A stretch of 64,000 bases of DNA from an uncultured Bacilli bacterium (GTDB lineage: Bacteria; Bacillota_I; Bacilli_A; RF39; UBA660): contig CAKOWQ010000003.1 in assembly GCA_934122395.1 (NCBI GenBank), positions 186,299-250,298 on the forward strand, given 5' to 3'. The translations under genes were made by a program, and so were the position numbers. Positions 1 to 8,293 of this stretch are shown here, piece after piece (the first letter of the stretch is position 1; each line of letters opens with the position of its first letter). The notes under the pieces are model-generated. The model made no database searches, was not told the origin of the DNA, and saw nothing but the letters and a program-made list of their open reading frames with translations.

Positions 1-680
1 TATCTGATATACATGATTTGTTAGCACTTAAAATAATGGTAGATGAAGTAGAAAATTGCTATAGAACATTATATTTAATACATAATGAGTATCATCCAAT
101 AAACGATAAATTTAAAGATTATATTTGTAATCCAAAAACAAATATGTATCAAAGCTTACATACAACAGTTTTTGGACCTGATGATAGGTTAGTACAAACA
201 CAAATTAGAACTTTTGATATGGATAAAGTGGCATCCTTTGGTTTGACTGCATACTGGGATGAACAAAAGGGAAAAGCAAGAGATGCAATGCAAGATGATT
301 TAAAACAAAAATTTCAATTTTTCAAATCATTAACAGAAATTAATTCCATGTTCGGAGATAATCAACAATTTGTAAATCAAGTAAAGACTGAATTATTTGC
401 GGACAAAGTTTATGTTTATACCACAAAGGGTGATATAATAGAATTGCCAAAAGGGGCTACACCAATAGATTTTGCATATAAAATACATACTGATATAGGA
501 AATACAATGGTAGGAGTATTTGTAAATGATGAGTTTGTACCAATAGATTATGCATTAAGAAACAAAGATAGAGTTAGAATTGTCACTGATGAATTATCTT
601 ATGGACCAAGAGAAGATTGGATAGATAAAGCTCAAACAAGTTTAGCAAAAAGAAAAATAAGAGAATTTAATAAAAAGTAG
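1..680 (+). CDS. rel: RelA/SpoT-family (p)ppGpp synthetase/hydrolase, 3' part (gene begins upstream of the window); ends just after the TGS domain
   Basis: Synthetase-domain motifs DYICNPKTNMYQSLHTTV and QTQIRTFDMD, then TGS-like VYVYTTKGDIIELPKGATPIDFAYKIHTDIGN; the reading frame is open from the window edge; stop at 678-680. Confidence 0.9.
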   Translation, partial: SDIHDLLALKIMVDEVENCYRTLYLIHNEYHPINDKFKDYICNPKTNMYQSLHTTVFGPDDRLVQTQIRTFDMDKVASFGLTAYWDEQKGKARDAMQDDLKQKFQFFKSLTEINSMFGDNQQFVNQVKTELFADKVYVYTTKGDIIELPKGATPIDFAYKIHTDIGNTMVGVFVNDEFVPIDYALRNKDRVRIVTDELSYGPREDWIDKAQTSLAKRKIREFNKK

Positions 681-690
681 ACTGGAAGTA

Positions 691-1230
691 ATGAATGTGA
701 AAAGAAAATTTTCTAAGATTACAGAAACTAAATTTGTAAAAAAAGATATTATTTATCAAGATACAAAAGGAACGGTTTTTTGCATAAAATTTGATTCTAA
801 TATAACCCCTTCATTTGTTGAAGATGAAATACCTAAAATATGTATAAAAGATAAAGATTATATTTGGTTTGAATTTTATCCGAATGAAAAATCTTATTTA
901 TTAACTATAATGTTTGATGATAAACTAAATATTATTCAATGGTATTTTGATGTTTCCAAATTTGTTGAGTGTAACAATTGCATACCATATCAAGATGATT
1001 TATATCTAGATTTAGTTATTAAACCAACTGGGAAATTTAAAATACTTGATGAAGATGAATTGTATGAAGCATTACAAAAAAAAGAAATTACAATTGATGA
1101 ATTTAATTATGCATATGAAATATTAAATCAACTGATGAAAAAATTTGCTAATAATTATAATTACTTACTAAATTTAACTAACCATATCTTGAAGATGTTT
1201 GAGGAGGAAATAAAGAATGGAAAAATATAA
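691..1230 (+). CDS. DUF402-family protein (Ntdp/FomD-like nucleoside di/triphosphatase fold)
   Basis: WYFDVS...DDLYLDLVIKPTGKFKILDEDELYEA pattern typical of DUF402; ATG lies 10 nt after the rel stop. Confidence 0.6.
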   Translation: MNVKRKFSKITETKFVKKDIIYQDTKGTVFCIKFDSNITPSFVEDEIPKICIKDKDYIWFEFYPNEKSYLLTIMFDDKLNIIQWYFDVSKFVECNNCIPYQDDLYLDLVIKPTGKFKILDEDELYEALQKKEITIDEFNYAYEILNQLMKKFANNYNYLLNLTNHILKMFEEEIKNGKI

Positions 1231-2092
1231 TGGAAAATATGTAACTATAATGTTATGTTCACAATGTAATAATAATTGTAAACATTGCTATATAAGTTAT
1301 TCAGGAAGATTTGCTGATGAAGAATTATCAAGAATAATTCCAAATTTAAATGAAAAATATACAATTTTATTAAATGGTACAGAACCGATTATGTATCCTG
1401 AATATTATAAATATTTTAAAATGGTAAACGAACATAGAATAATAACAAACGGAATAACAATTCTTGAAAATCCAAATGTTTTGGATCAATTATCGGAAAA
1501 TGGAATTAATGAAGTTTGGCTTTCATACCATTTTGGTATTCAAAACGAAATATCAAGAATTAATGAAAATCAGTTAAATAATGTTATTCAGATTCTTAAA
1601 AAGAACAATTTTTTAGTAAAATTGATGTGTTCTTTATCAAAACATAATTATCAAAATGTTTCTAAATTCTGTGAAAGAGCATTAGAAATTGGAGCTGACA
1701 AAATAAAATTTACTAATTTTATTAGTCAAGGAAGTGCAAAAAGCAACTTTGATAACTCAGAATTTTTAAATCAAGAACAAATAAATTTTGTTTTGGAAGA
1801 AATAGAAAAAATGAGATCAATTATACCAAAGGAAGATTTGAATATACAAAGATGTGGAACATTTGGACCAAATATTCATAAAAACAATTTTCGATGTTTG
1901 GCTGGACAAGATATGATAGTTCTTACTCCAGATAGAAAACTATACAATTGTGTATTTAACATATCAAGTGATGATTGCATTGGATATATGGATAATGACT
2001 ATAATTTAATTATAAATTCAGAAGTTGCACCAATAAATCAATCATATTGTAAGGTACTAAAAAAACACAACGGAGTTGGAGGAATAAATTGA
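1217..2092 (+). CDS. Radical SAM protein with Cys-rich C-terminal (SPASM/twitch-like) region
   Basis: CNNNCKHC (CX3CX2C) near the N-terminus, GTEP (GGEP-like), C-terminal CGTFGP..FRCLAG..LYNC; SD GAGGAGG; overlaps the upstream gene by 14 nt. Confidence 0.8.
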   Translation: MEKYNGKYVTIMLCSQCNNNCKHCYISYSGRFADEELSRIIPNLNEKYTILLNGTEPIMYPEYYKYFKMVNEHRIITNGITILENPNVLDQLSENGINEVWLSYHFGIQNEISRINENQLNNVIQILKKNNFLVKLMCSLSKHNYQNVSKFCERALEIGADKIKFTNFISQGSAKSNFDNSEFLNQEQINFVLEEIEKMRSIIPKEDLNIQRCGTFGPNIHKNNFRCLAGQDMIVLTPDRKLYNCVFNISSDDCIGYMDNDYNLIINSEVAPINQSYCKVLKKHNGVGGIN

Positions 2093-3126
2093 AAATTTGT
2101 GGAAGAATTATAAATGTAAAACTAAAAACAAATGTATTGTTTTTATTGATTGAAAACAATAAAATCACACAAATAGTCATAAAAAATAATATTGAATATT
2201 TCTTAAATAATTTGAATGCTGGTGATATAGTTGAATGTCTCGTCACTAAAGATAGAAATAACAACGGAAAATATAAGCCAAAATATGATTCTTTTTTACT
2301 TAGAAGTCTAAAGATAATTAGTAAAAATAAAAAAAATTACAAATTAACATTAAATAAAACAAATATTATAAAATATAGTGATGTTAAATATGAAATAAGA
2401 AAATATTTACACAAATTAGGATATTTAGAAGTTACGTTGCCTATTTTAACTAATGGAGAAGTATCTTCAAAGTCAGAATCATTTTGTACTTTATATTCTA
2501 AGAAAAATATTAAATTATATTTGCGAAAAACTATGGACATATTTTTAAGAATGTATTCTTGTAGTGATTTTAATAAAATTTATTGTATAGGAAATTGCTA
2601 TAGAAATGAATATCTTACAAGTAAATATAAGCCAGAATTCGAAATGCTTTCCATCTTTAGCAATTATCTAAGTAAAAATAATGCAATAAAATTAGCTATA
2701 AAAATAATAAAAATTATAACTTCCAAGGATATTGAATGCAGTTTTATAGATGAAAAATCATATAATGAAATCACCCCGAGTGATAATACTTTTTATGTGA
2801 TAAATAATTATGCCAATTCTACAAATAGTTACTGTGATGTGCTTGAAAATGACAAAACAGATGAATTTAAAGTTAAATACAAAGGTGTTACCATTGTTCA
2901 TGGTGTAAGTGAAATATGCAATTATGATGAATATGTAAAAAAAATAGAGCTTCAAGGGAAAAAAGATGATTATGGTGAATTGCAAATTATTGAGAATTTA
3001 ATTGATTCTGGTGCTCCACAATGTTATAATCTGGGTATTAGTATAGTCAGACTTTTAAGTTTATATAATAATCTAAAAATTAAAGATTATGATATATTTT
3101 CATTTGATAGATTAGGAGAAATTTAA
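2089..3126 (+). CDS. Shortened class IIb aminoacyl-tRNA-synthetase paralog (LysRS/EpmA-like core with N-terminal OB fold), 345 aa
   Basis: OB-like KICGRIINVKLKTNVLFLLIENNKITQIVI..GDIVECLV; motif-1-like IRKYLHKLGYLEVTLPILT; motif 2 YCIGNCYRNE..YKPEFEMLS; motif-3-like GAPQCYNLGISIVRL; TTG start 7 nt after GGAGG, 4-nt overlap with the upstream gene. Confidence 0.65.
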   Translation: MKICGRIINVKLKTNVLFLLIENNKITQIVIKNNIEYFLNNLNAGDIVECLVTKDRNNNGKYKPKYDSFLLRSLKIISKNKKNYKLTLNKTNIIKYSDVKYEIRKYLHKLGYLEVTLPILTNGEVSSKSESFCTLYSKKNIKLYLRKTMDIFLRMYSCSDFNKIYCIGNCYRNEYLTSKYKPEFEMLSIFSNYLSKNNAIKLAIKIIKIITSKDIECSFIDEKSYNEITPSDNTFYVINNYANSTNSYCDVLENDKTDEFKVKYKGVTIVHGVSEICNYDEYVKKIELQGKKDDYGELQIIENLIDSGAPQCYNLGISIVRLLSLYNNLKIKDYDIFSFDRLGEI

Positions 3127-4203
3127 ATGAAAGAAGAAATTGATTTAAAAAAACTAACAAAAGAATATTTAAAATCTTATTATTCTATTAATTCTTATAT
3201 AGGATGTACAATAAATTGTGGATACTGTTTTTTAGCACCAATTAAAATAGTTCCAATGCGTCCAATAAAAGTCATAGATGAAAAAGAATTGATACGTAAT
3301 ATGATTAATGACAATTATTTTGAAAAAGGTAAAACTGTTATATCTTTGAATAATAGAACAGACCCATTTATATCACAAGAAGTTAAAAATAGTACTTTTA
3401 AATTATTAGATATTATGGAAGAATTGAATCTTAAAAATATTGTTACAATAACATCAAAAGGTCTATTAACTGAAGAAGATGCAAAAAAATTAGATAGTTA
3501 TAATAATATTAAAATCGTTATTATTGTAACTTATAATGGAATCCCTTTAAAAATACAACCTATTAATAAAATAAATCAAGAAAATACTATGAAAAATGTT
3601 TCAAAATGTAAAAATGTTTATTTGTTGCATCAATTTAGGCCTATTATTCCTGGGGTAAATGATGATGAAAAAACAATTAGAGAAGTAGTTGATTTTGCTA
3701 AAAAGTATTGTGATGCAACGATTTTCCAAGGAATTAGAGTTAACGATTATATAAAAAATAGACTTGAAGAAAGAGAATACTTGTATAGTGGTACAGTTGG
3801 TGATTCACATAAACAAAAAAGTGCGAGTACGGACGCGATATTTGAACAACTAAGACTTGAAGATAAAAATTATCAAATTTTCGATCATACATCCTGTGCT
3901 TTAAGTTATATTTTTAAAACGGCAGATTATAACTTACATTATTCTAAAAATAATTGCTCTAAATTGTGTAAAAATTATGAATTATGTCATAACTTAAATT
4001 ATAAATTACCTGTAGACTTAGAAGGTAAACTAAGAAAAATTGGTGTTAATTCCAATTGGGAGCTAAGGGATAAAACTTTAATAATTGATGGTTCATTAAA
4101 TGATGAACAAAAATCTTATATTAAACATATATTGAATCTTAATGTGAAAGCTAAAATTAGGGAAAATACATATTCAGAAAAAATAATGGAGGGAAAAAAG
4201 TGA
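3127..4203 (+). CDS. Radical SAM protein, COG1533/SplB-like (photolyase-like) family
   Basis: GCTINCGYC (CX3CX2C); NNRTDPFISQE, VTITSKG and FRPIIPGVNDDE match the family pattern; ATG directly abuts the upstream stop. Confidence 0.75.
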   Translation: MKEEIDLKKLTKEYLKSYYSINSYIGCTINCGYCFLAPIKIVPMRPIKVIDEKELIRNMINDNYFEKGKTVISLNNRTDPFISQEVKNSTFKLLDIMEELNLKNIVTITSKGLLTEEDAKKLDSYNNIKIVIIVTYNGIPLKIQPINKINQENTMKNVSKCKNVYLLHQFRPIIPGVNDDEKTIREVVDFAKKYCDATIFQGIRVNDYIKNRLEEREYLYSGTVGDSHKQKSASTDAIFEQLRLEDKNYQIFDHTSCALSYIFKTADYNLHYSKNNCSKLCKNYELCHNLNYKLPVDLEGKLRKIGVNSNWELRDKTLIIDGSLNDEQKSYIKHILNLNVKAKIRENTYSEKIMEGKK

Positions 4204-5474
4204 ATATAAAAATATTTTTTGATTTTCACGATGTATTTGTTGATGCAAAAAGCGCGTGGATTAAAGCATTAAAAGAAAAAACTAAATCAAATAAGGCAGA
4301 AATTGACTACAATAGAGGGTTATCAAAAAAAATAATATGCGAAAAATATAAATTAAATTATGAACAACTAGAAAAACTTTACAGAGTATATTTAAATCCA
4401 ATTAATGATAATATTGATTTTGCTGAAAAATTGAGTCAATCATATAAAATAAATATTTTATCTATGTCTAGAAAAGACAGATTACTTAAAGATATGCAAA
4501 AATTCAAACTTATTAATTTGTTTGATACGATAATCTCTAAAGAAGATATAATAGAATATAAAACAAAAGATGAATATTTAGTTTCTATTTCTTCTGATTA
4601 TGATTGGATTATATATTTTAATCATGAAAGTAATACTATTATTCAGAAAGATAATATTATTTATTTACCAGTAAATTTAAAAGGAGATTTATCTAAATTT
4701 AAAAATATTAGTTTTACTGAACATGCTAAAAACAAATTGCTATATAATGACTTATCTAAATATTATATGTATGCGATTGCTAATGATACTTCTTTGGAAA
4801 CAAACTTTTTATCAGAAATATATAAAAGATATAATTTGCCAACCGATGGAAAAATCCTTGATTGCTGTTGTGGTGTAGGACGACATGACTATTTACTTGC
4901 AAATGCTGGCTATCAGGTCACTGGAATCGATATTTCTAAAGAACAAATAACTAATGCAAAAAGAATTCATAATCATAAGAACATTGATTATCATGTTATG
5001 GATGTAAGGCATATTGATTTATTAGAAAAAAATTATGATATGTCAATTTGTATGTGGACAACTTACAATTATCTTTCCCAGGATAGTGATTTTGTAAGCT
5101 TTATCAAGTCAAATTATCAGCACCAACATAAAGGATCATTGATAGTATTAGATTCAAAAAACATTCCTAGATTAAATAATAGACGAGTTTATAAAAGAAA
5201 TAGTTCAACTGATAACGGAATAGAAATAGAACTAATTGTAAACAAATATATTATTAACAACATACAAAATTCACAATACCTATACTTTATAAAAGATAAA
5301 GACGATAAGAAATTTTATTTTGATGATGAATTCGTAAGATTTTATACTCTTGATGAAATTACAAAATTGGTAAATGAGTATTACGAAGTGGTAGATGTAT
5401 TTGGAGATTTTGATTTTAGTTCCTATGATAAAAAAATGAGTAATAGATTTATTGTGGTATTAAGGAGAAAGTAA
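4200..5474 (+). CDS. Two-domain protein: degenerate HAD-like N-terminus fused to a class I SAM-dependent methyltransferase
   Basis: MTase motif I ILDCCCGVGRH and VTGIDIS; N-terminal IFFDFHDVFVD resembles HAD motif I, but the second Asp position is His; GTG start after GGAGGG; 4-nt overlap. Confidence 0.7.
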   Translation: MNIKIFFDFHDVFVDAKSAWIKALKEKTKSNKAEIDYNRGLSKKIICEKYKLNYEQLEKLYRVYLNPINDNIDFAEKLSQSYKINILSMSRKDRLLKDMQKFKLINLFDTIISKEDIIEYKTKDEYLVSISSDYDWIIYFNHESNTIIQKDNIIYLPVNLKGDLSKFKNISFTEHAKNKLLYNDLSKYYMYAIANDTSLETNFLSEIYKRYNLPTDGKILDCCCGVGRHDYLLANAGYQVTGIDISKEQITNAKRIHNHKNIDYHVMDVRHIDLLEKNYDMSICMWTTYNYLSQDSDFVSFIKSNYQHQHKGSLIVLDSKNIPRLNNRRVYKRNSSTDNGIEIELIVNKYIINNIQNSQYLYFIKDKDDKKFYFDDEFVRFYTLDEITKLVNEYYEVVDVFGDFDFSSYDKKMSNRFIVVLRRK

Positions 5475-5983
5475 TGAATAATGAATTAAAAAAATTAAAT
5501 TCATTATTTGATGGTAGTGATGAATCTGCTATGAATATTGCATATGACATTGCACATAAATATTCTTCTTGCAGATTATGTGGAGTTGGTAAAGGTGTTG
5601 GTGCAGTTATAATTAAAGATAATAAAATAATTTGTTATGGATATAATGGTATAATTGATAATATTAAACCATGCACTAAAGATAGTTGTCTAAGAATATC
5701 TAGAAATATTGAACATGGCACAAGAAGAGATGAATGTTATGGAGATTGTGCAGAAAAACGTGCATTCATTAATGCTTACCAAAATAATATAGACATAAAA
5801 AACTCAAAAATATATATTACAAAATCTCCTTGTGTATCATGCTGTAAATTACTAATTAATTTAGGAATAAAAGAAGTCATATATAATGAAATATATAGTA
5901 ATTCAGATTTTTCTTTTGAACTTTTAAATTTAGCTAGAATTAAATATAAAAAATTAGAAAATTTTTATAGAGATGATCATTAA
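5474..5983 (+). CDS. dCMP/cytidine-deaminase-superfamily zinc enzyme (ComEB/dCMP-deaminase-like)
   Basis: CAEKRAF ... SPCVSCCKLLINLGIKEVIY (C/H-A-E ... PCxxC); extra Cys/His cluster KPCTKDSCLR..H..C upstream as in dCMP deaminases; SD AAGGAG; 1-nt overlap. Confidence 0.8.
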   Translation: MNNELKKLNSLFDGSDESAMNIAYDIAHKYSSCRLCGVGKGVGAVIIKDNKIICYGYNGIIDNIKPCTKDSCLRISRNIEHGTRRDECYGDCAEKRAFINAYQNNIDIKNSKIYITKSPCVSCCKLLINLGIKEVIYNEIYSNSDFSFELLNLARIKYKKLENFYRDDH

Positions 5984-6015
5984 AATTTTAAATATATAAT
6001 TTTTTTTAAAAATAG

Positions 6016-6044
6016 TTGAAATTTTAAAAAAGAAATTGTAAAAT
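6016..6044 (+). promoter_or_regulatory. Sigma-A-type promoter for the thrS leader
   Basis: TTGAAA (6016-6021), 17-nt spacer, TAAAAT (6039-6044). Confidence 0.5.
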
Positions 6045-6049
6045 AATAA

Positions 6050-6265
6050 ATATGTTAAATGTATTGATTGGGACACGGCTAATAACAATTATTTACAAAG
6101 CGAATTGTGGAAGGTGAAAGGCAATTAAATAACTTATTAGTTACTACCCATAAACAGGACTCGAAAGATGTTCCCGGTAATAGCCGTTATTAGTAATTAA
6201 GTTAAACCAAGGATGGTACCGTGTAATTCACTCCTGTTAGAATTTCTAGCAGGAGTTTTTATTTT
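6050..6265 (+). promoter_or_regulatory. T-box leader (tRNA-Thr-responsive transcription attenuator) of thrS
   Basis: T-box core AACCAAGGATGGTACCGTG (6206-6224); intrinsic terminator CTCCTGTTAG/CTAGCAGGAG plus T-run (6231-6265); candidate Thr specifier ACU/ACC at 6143-6148; sits upstream of thrS. Confidence 0.85.
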
Positions 6266-6279
6266 TAGGGGGAAAATAA

Positions 6280-6465
6280 ATGAACGAAACAAAGAAAGAG
6301 TTAAAAAGACAATTATTTGAATTAAGATTAGCTCAAGCATTTTATATATCAGAACATAAAGAAGATAGTGAAGAAATAGTAAAAGATATTAAGGTATTGA
6401 AAAAGAAATATGCAAGAGTATTGCTTAATGAAAAAATGGGAGGAAAAGAAAATGATAAACATTAA
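6280..6465 (+). CDS. Small helical Lys/Glu-rich protein (61 aa), unknown function, between the T-box terminator and thrS
   Basis: ATG preceded by GGGGGA SD; 3' end overlaps the thrS start by 14 nt; no recognisable domain. Confidence 0.45.
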   Translation: MNETKKELKRQLFELRLAQAFYISEHKEDSEEIVKDIKVLKKKYARVLLNEKMGGKENDKH

Positions 6466-8197
6466 AGAAGATGAAAAATTAAGTGTTATGAATCACTCAT
6501 GTGCTCATTTACTAGCACAAGCAGTAAAACATTTATATCCAAAAGCATTATTTTGGGTAGGACCTGTTATAGAAGATGGATTCTATTATGATATAGATTT
6601 AGGTGATGAATCTATTAATGATGAAGATTTAGCAAGAATTGAAAAAGAAATGAAGAAAATTGCTAAAGATGGAAAGAGAATTGTAAGAGAAGAAATAAGT
6701 AAAGAAGAAGCTTTAGAAAGATTTAAAAATGATCCATATAAAATAGATTTAATTTCTAGGATGGATGAAAATGATACAGTTATTTCTTGCTATACTCAGG
6801 GAGATTTTACTGACCTTTGTAGAGGACCACATCTTGAAAGTGTTAAAGAATTAAAGTATTTTAAATTACTCAAAGTAAGTGGTGCTTATTGGAAAGGTGA
6901 TTCTAATAACAAAATGCTTCAAAGAATTTATGGCATTTGTTTTGATAATGAAAATTCTTTAAGTGAATATTTGGCTTTTTTAGAAGAAGCTAAGAAAAGG
7001 GATCATAAAAAACTAGGTAAGGAATTAGATTTATTTATGATGAGTGAATATGGTCCAGGATTTCCTTTCTTCTTAAATAATGGAATGATTTTAAGAAATC
7101 AATTAGAAAATTTTTGGTATGAAGAACATACTAAAGAAGGGTATGAATTTGTTAAAACTCCAATTATGTTAAATAAAGAACTTTGGGAATTATCTGGACA
7201 CTGGTTTAATTATAGAGAAAATATGTATACAAGTGAAATTGATGATAAAGTATTTGCAATTAAACCTATGAACTGTCCTGGTGGAATGCTTGTATATAAA
7301 AATTCTCTTCATTCTTATAAAGATTTACCATTAAGAATCGGAGAATTAGGTCAAGTACATAGACATGAAGCAAGCGGAGCATTAAACGGTCTATTTAGAG
7401 TTAGAACATTTACGCAAGATGATGCTCATATATTTATGAGAGAAGATCAAATAGAAGAAGAAGTTATAAGATTAATTAACTTTATAGATAGAATGTATTC
7501 TATATTTGGATTAACTTATGATATTGAATTATCGACTAGACCAGAAGAAAAATATATTGGAAGTATTGAAATTTGGAATAAATCTGAAAAAGCTTTAGAA
7601 GAAGCATGTCATAGAGCAGGACATGATTGTAAAATAAATCCTGGTGATGGTGCTTTCTATGGACCTAAATTAGACTTTCATATTAAAGATTCTTTGGGTA
7701 GAGTATGGCAATGTGGAACAATTCAACTTGATATGAATTTACCAGAAAGATTTGATTTAACATATATTAGTTCTGATGGAAGTAAGAAAAGACCAGTTAT
7801 GTTACATCGCGTAATATATGGCTCAATTGAAAGATTTATTGGTATTTTAATTGAACATTATGCTGGAGCATTTCCACTTTGGCTTAGTCCAGTACAAGTA
7901 AATATTATTCCAGTTAATAATGAACTACATATGAATTATTGTAATGAAATTAAGAATTTACTTGAAGAAAATAATATTAGGGTTAAAGTTGATGCTAGAG
8001 ATGAAAAATTAGGATATAAAATGCGTGAAAGTCAAATCAAAAAAATACCTATAACTTTAATTATTGGAGATAATGAAGTTAATAAAAAACAAATTAGTTA
8101 TCGTAAATATGGAAATCAAGAAACTTATACTTGTGAAATTGATGAATTTATTAGTGAAATTAGTAAATGCTTAAAAGATAAAAAATATAATATTTAA
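6452..8197 (+). CDS. thrS: Threonyl-tRNA synthetase (no N-terminal TGS domain)
   Basis: HSCAHLLAQAV editing-domain motif at the N-terminus, class II core (FRVRTFTQDDAHIF, GAFYGPKLDF), anticodon domain; start moved to ATG 6452 (GGAGG 8 nt upstream) from the ORF-track 6410. Confidence 0.95.
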   Translation: MINIKEDEKLSVMNHSCAHLLAQAVKHLYPKALFWVGPVIEDGFYYDIDLGDESINDEDLARIEKEMKKIAKDGKRIVREEISKEEALERFKNDPYKIDLISRMDENDTVISCYTQGDFTDLCRGPHLESVKELKYFKLLKVSGAYWKGDSNNKMLQRIYGICFDNENSLSEYLAFLEEAKKRDHKKLGKELDLFMMSEYGPGFPFFLNNGMILRNQLENFWYEEHTKEGYEFVKTPIMLNKELWELSGHWFNYRENMYTSEIDDKVFAIKPMNCPGGMLVYKNSLHSYKDLPLRIGELGQVHRHEASGALNGLFRVRTFTQDDAHIFMREDQIEEEVIRLINFIDRMYSIFGLTYDIELSTRPEEKYIGSIEIWNKSEKALEEACHRAGHDCKINPGDGAFYGPKLDFHIKDSLGRVWQCGTIQLDMNLPERFDLTYISSDGSKKRPVMLHRVIYGSIERFIGILIEHYAGAFPLWLSPVQVNIIPVNNELHMNYCNEIKNLLEENNIRVKVDARDEKLGYKMRESQIKKIPITLIIGDNEVNKKQISYRKYGNQETYTCEIDEFISEISKCLKDKKYNI

Positions 8198-8227
8198 AAT
8201 TAGAAATGTAAGATGTTATTGGTTATA

Positions 8228-8251
8228 AAGACGAGATTTCGTCTTTTTTTA
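8228..8251 (+). terminator. Intrinsic terminator after thrS
   Basis: AAGACGA-GATT-TCGTCTT followed by a T-run. Confidence 0.8.
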
Positions 8252-8293
8252 GTTTGTGGTATAATTTTGTTAGAAATATAGGTGTGATTAAAT

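Noticed and set aside
1217-2092. Prokaryotic viperin (pVip) assignment for the first radical SAM gene
   Set aside because: Only the generic CNxxCxxC cluster is shared. The C-terminal Cys-rich SPASM/twitch-like region and the absence of a nucleotide-kinase neighbour do not fit viperins. This cannot be decided without a profile search.
6280-6465. Resemblance of the 61-aa ORF to ribosomal protein uL29 (LKxxLFxLR ... ARVxxxLNEK)
   Set aside because: The match consists of short Lys/Glu/Leu-rich helical patterns that arise easily by chance, and the N-terminal third of uL29 is missing. I kept the gene only as an unknown small protein.
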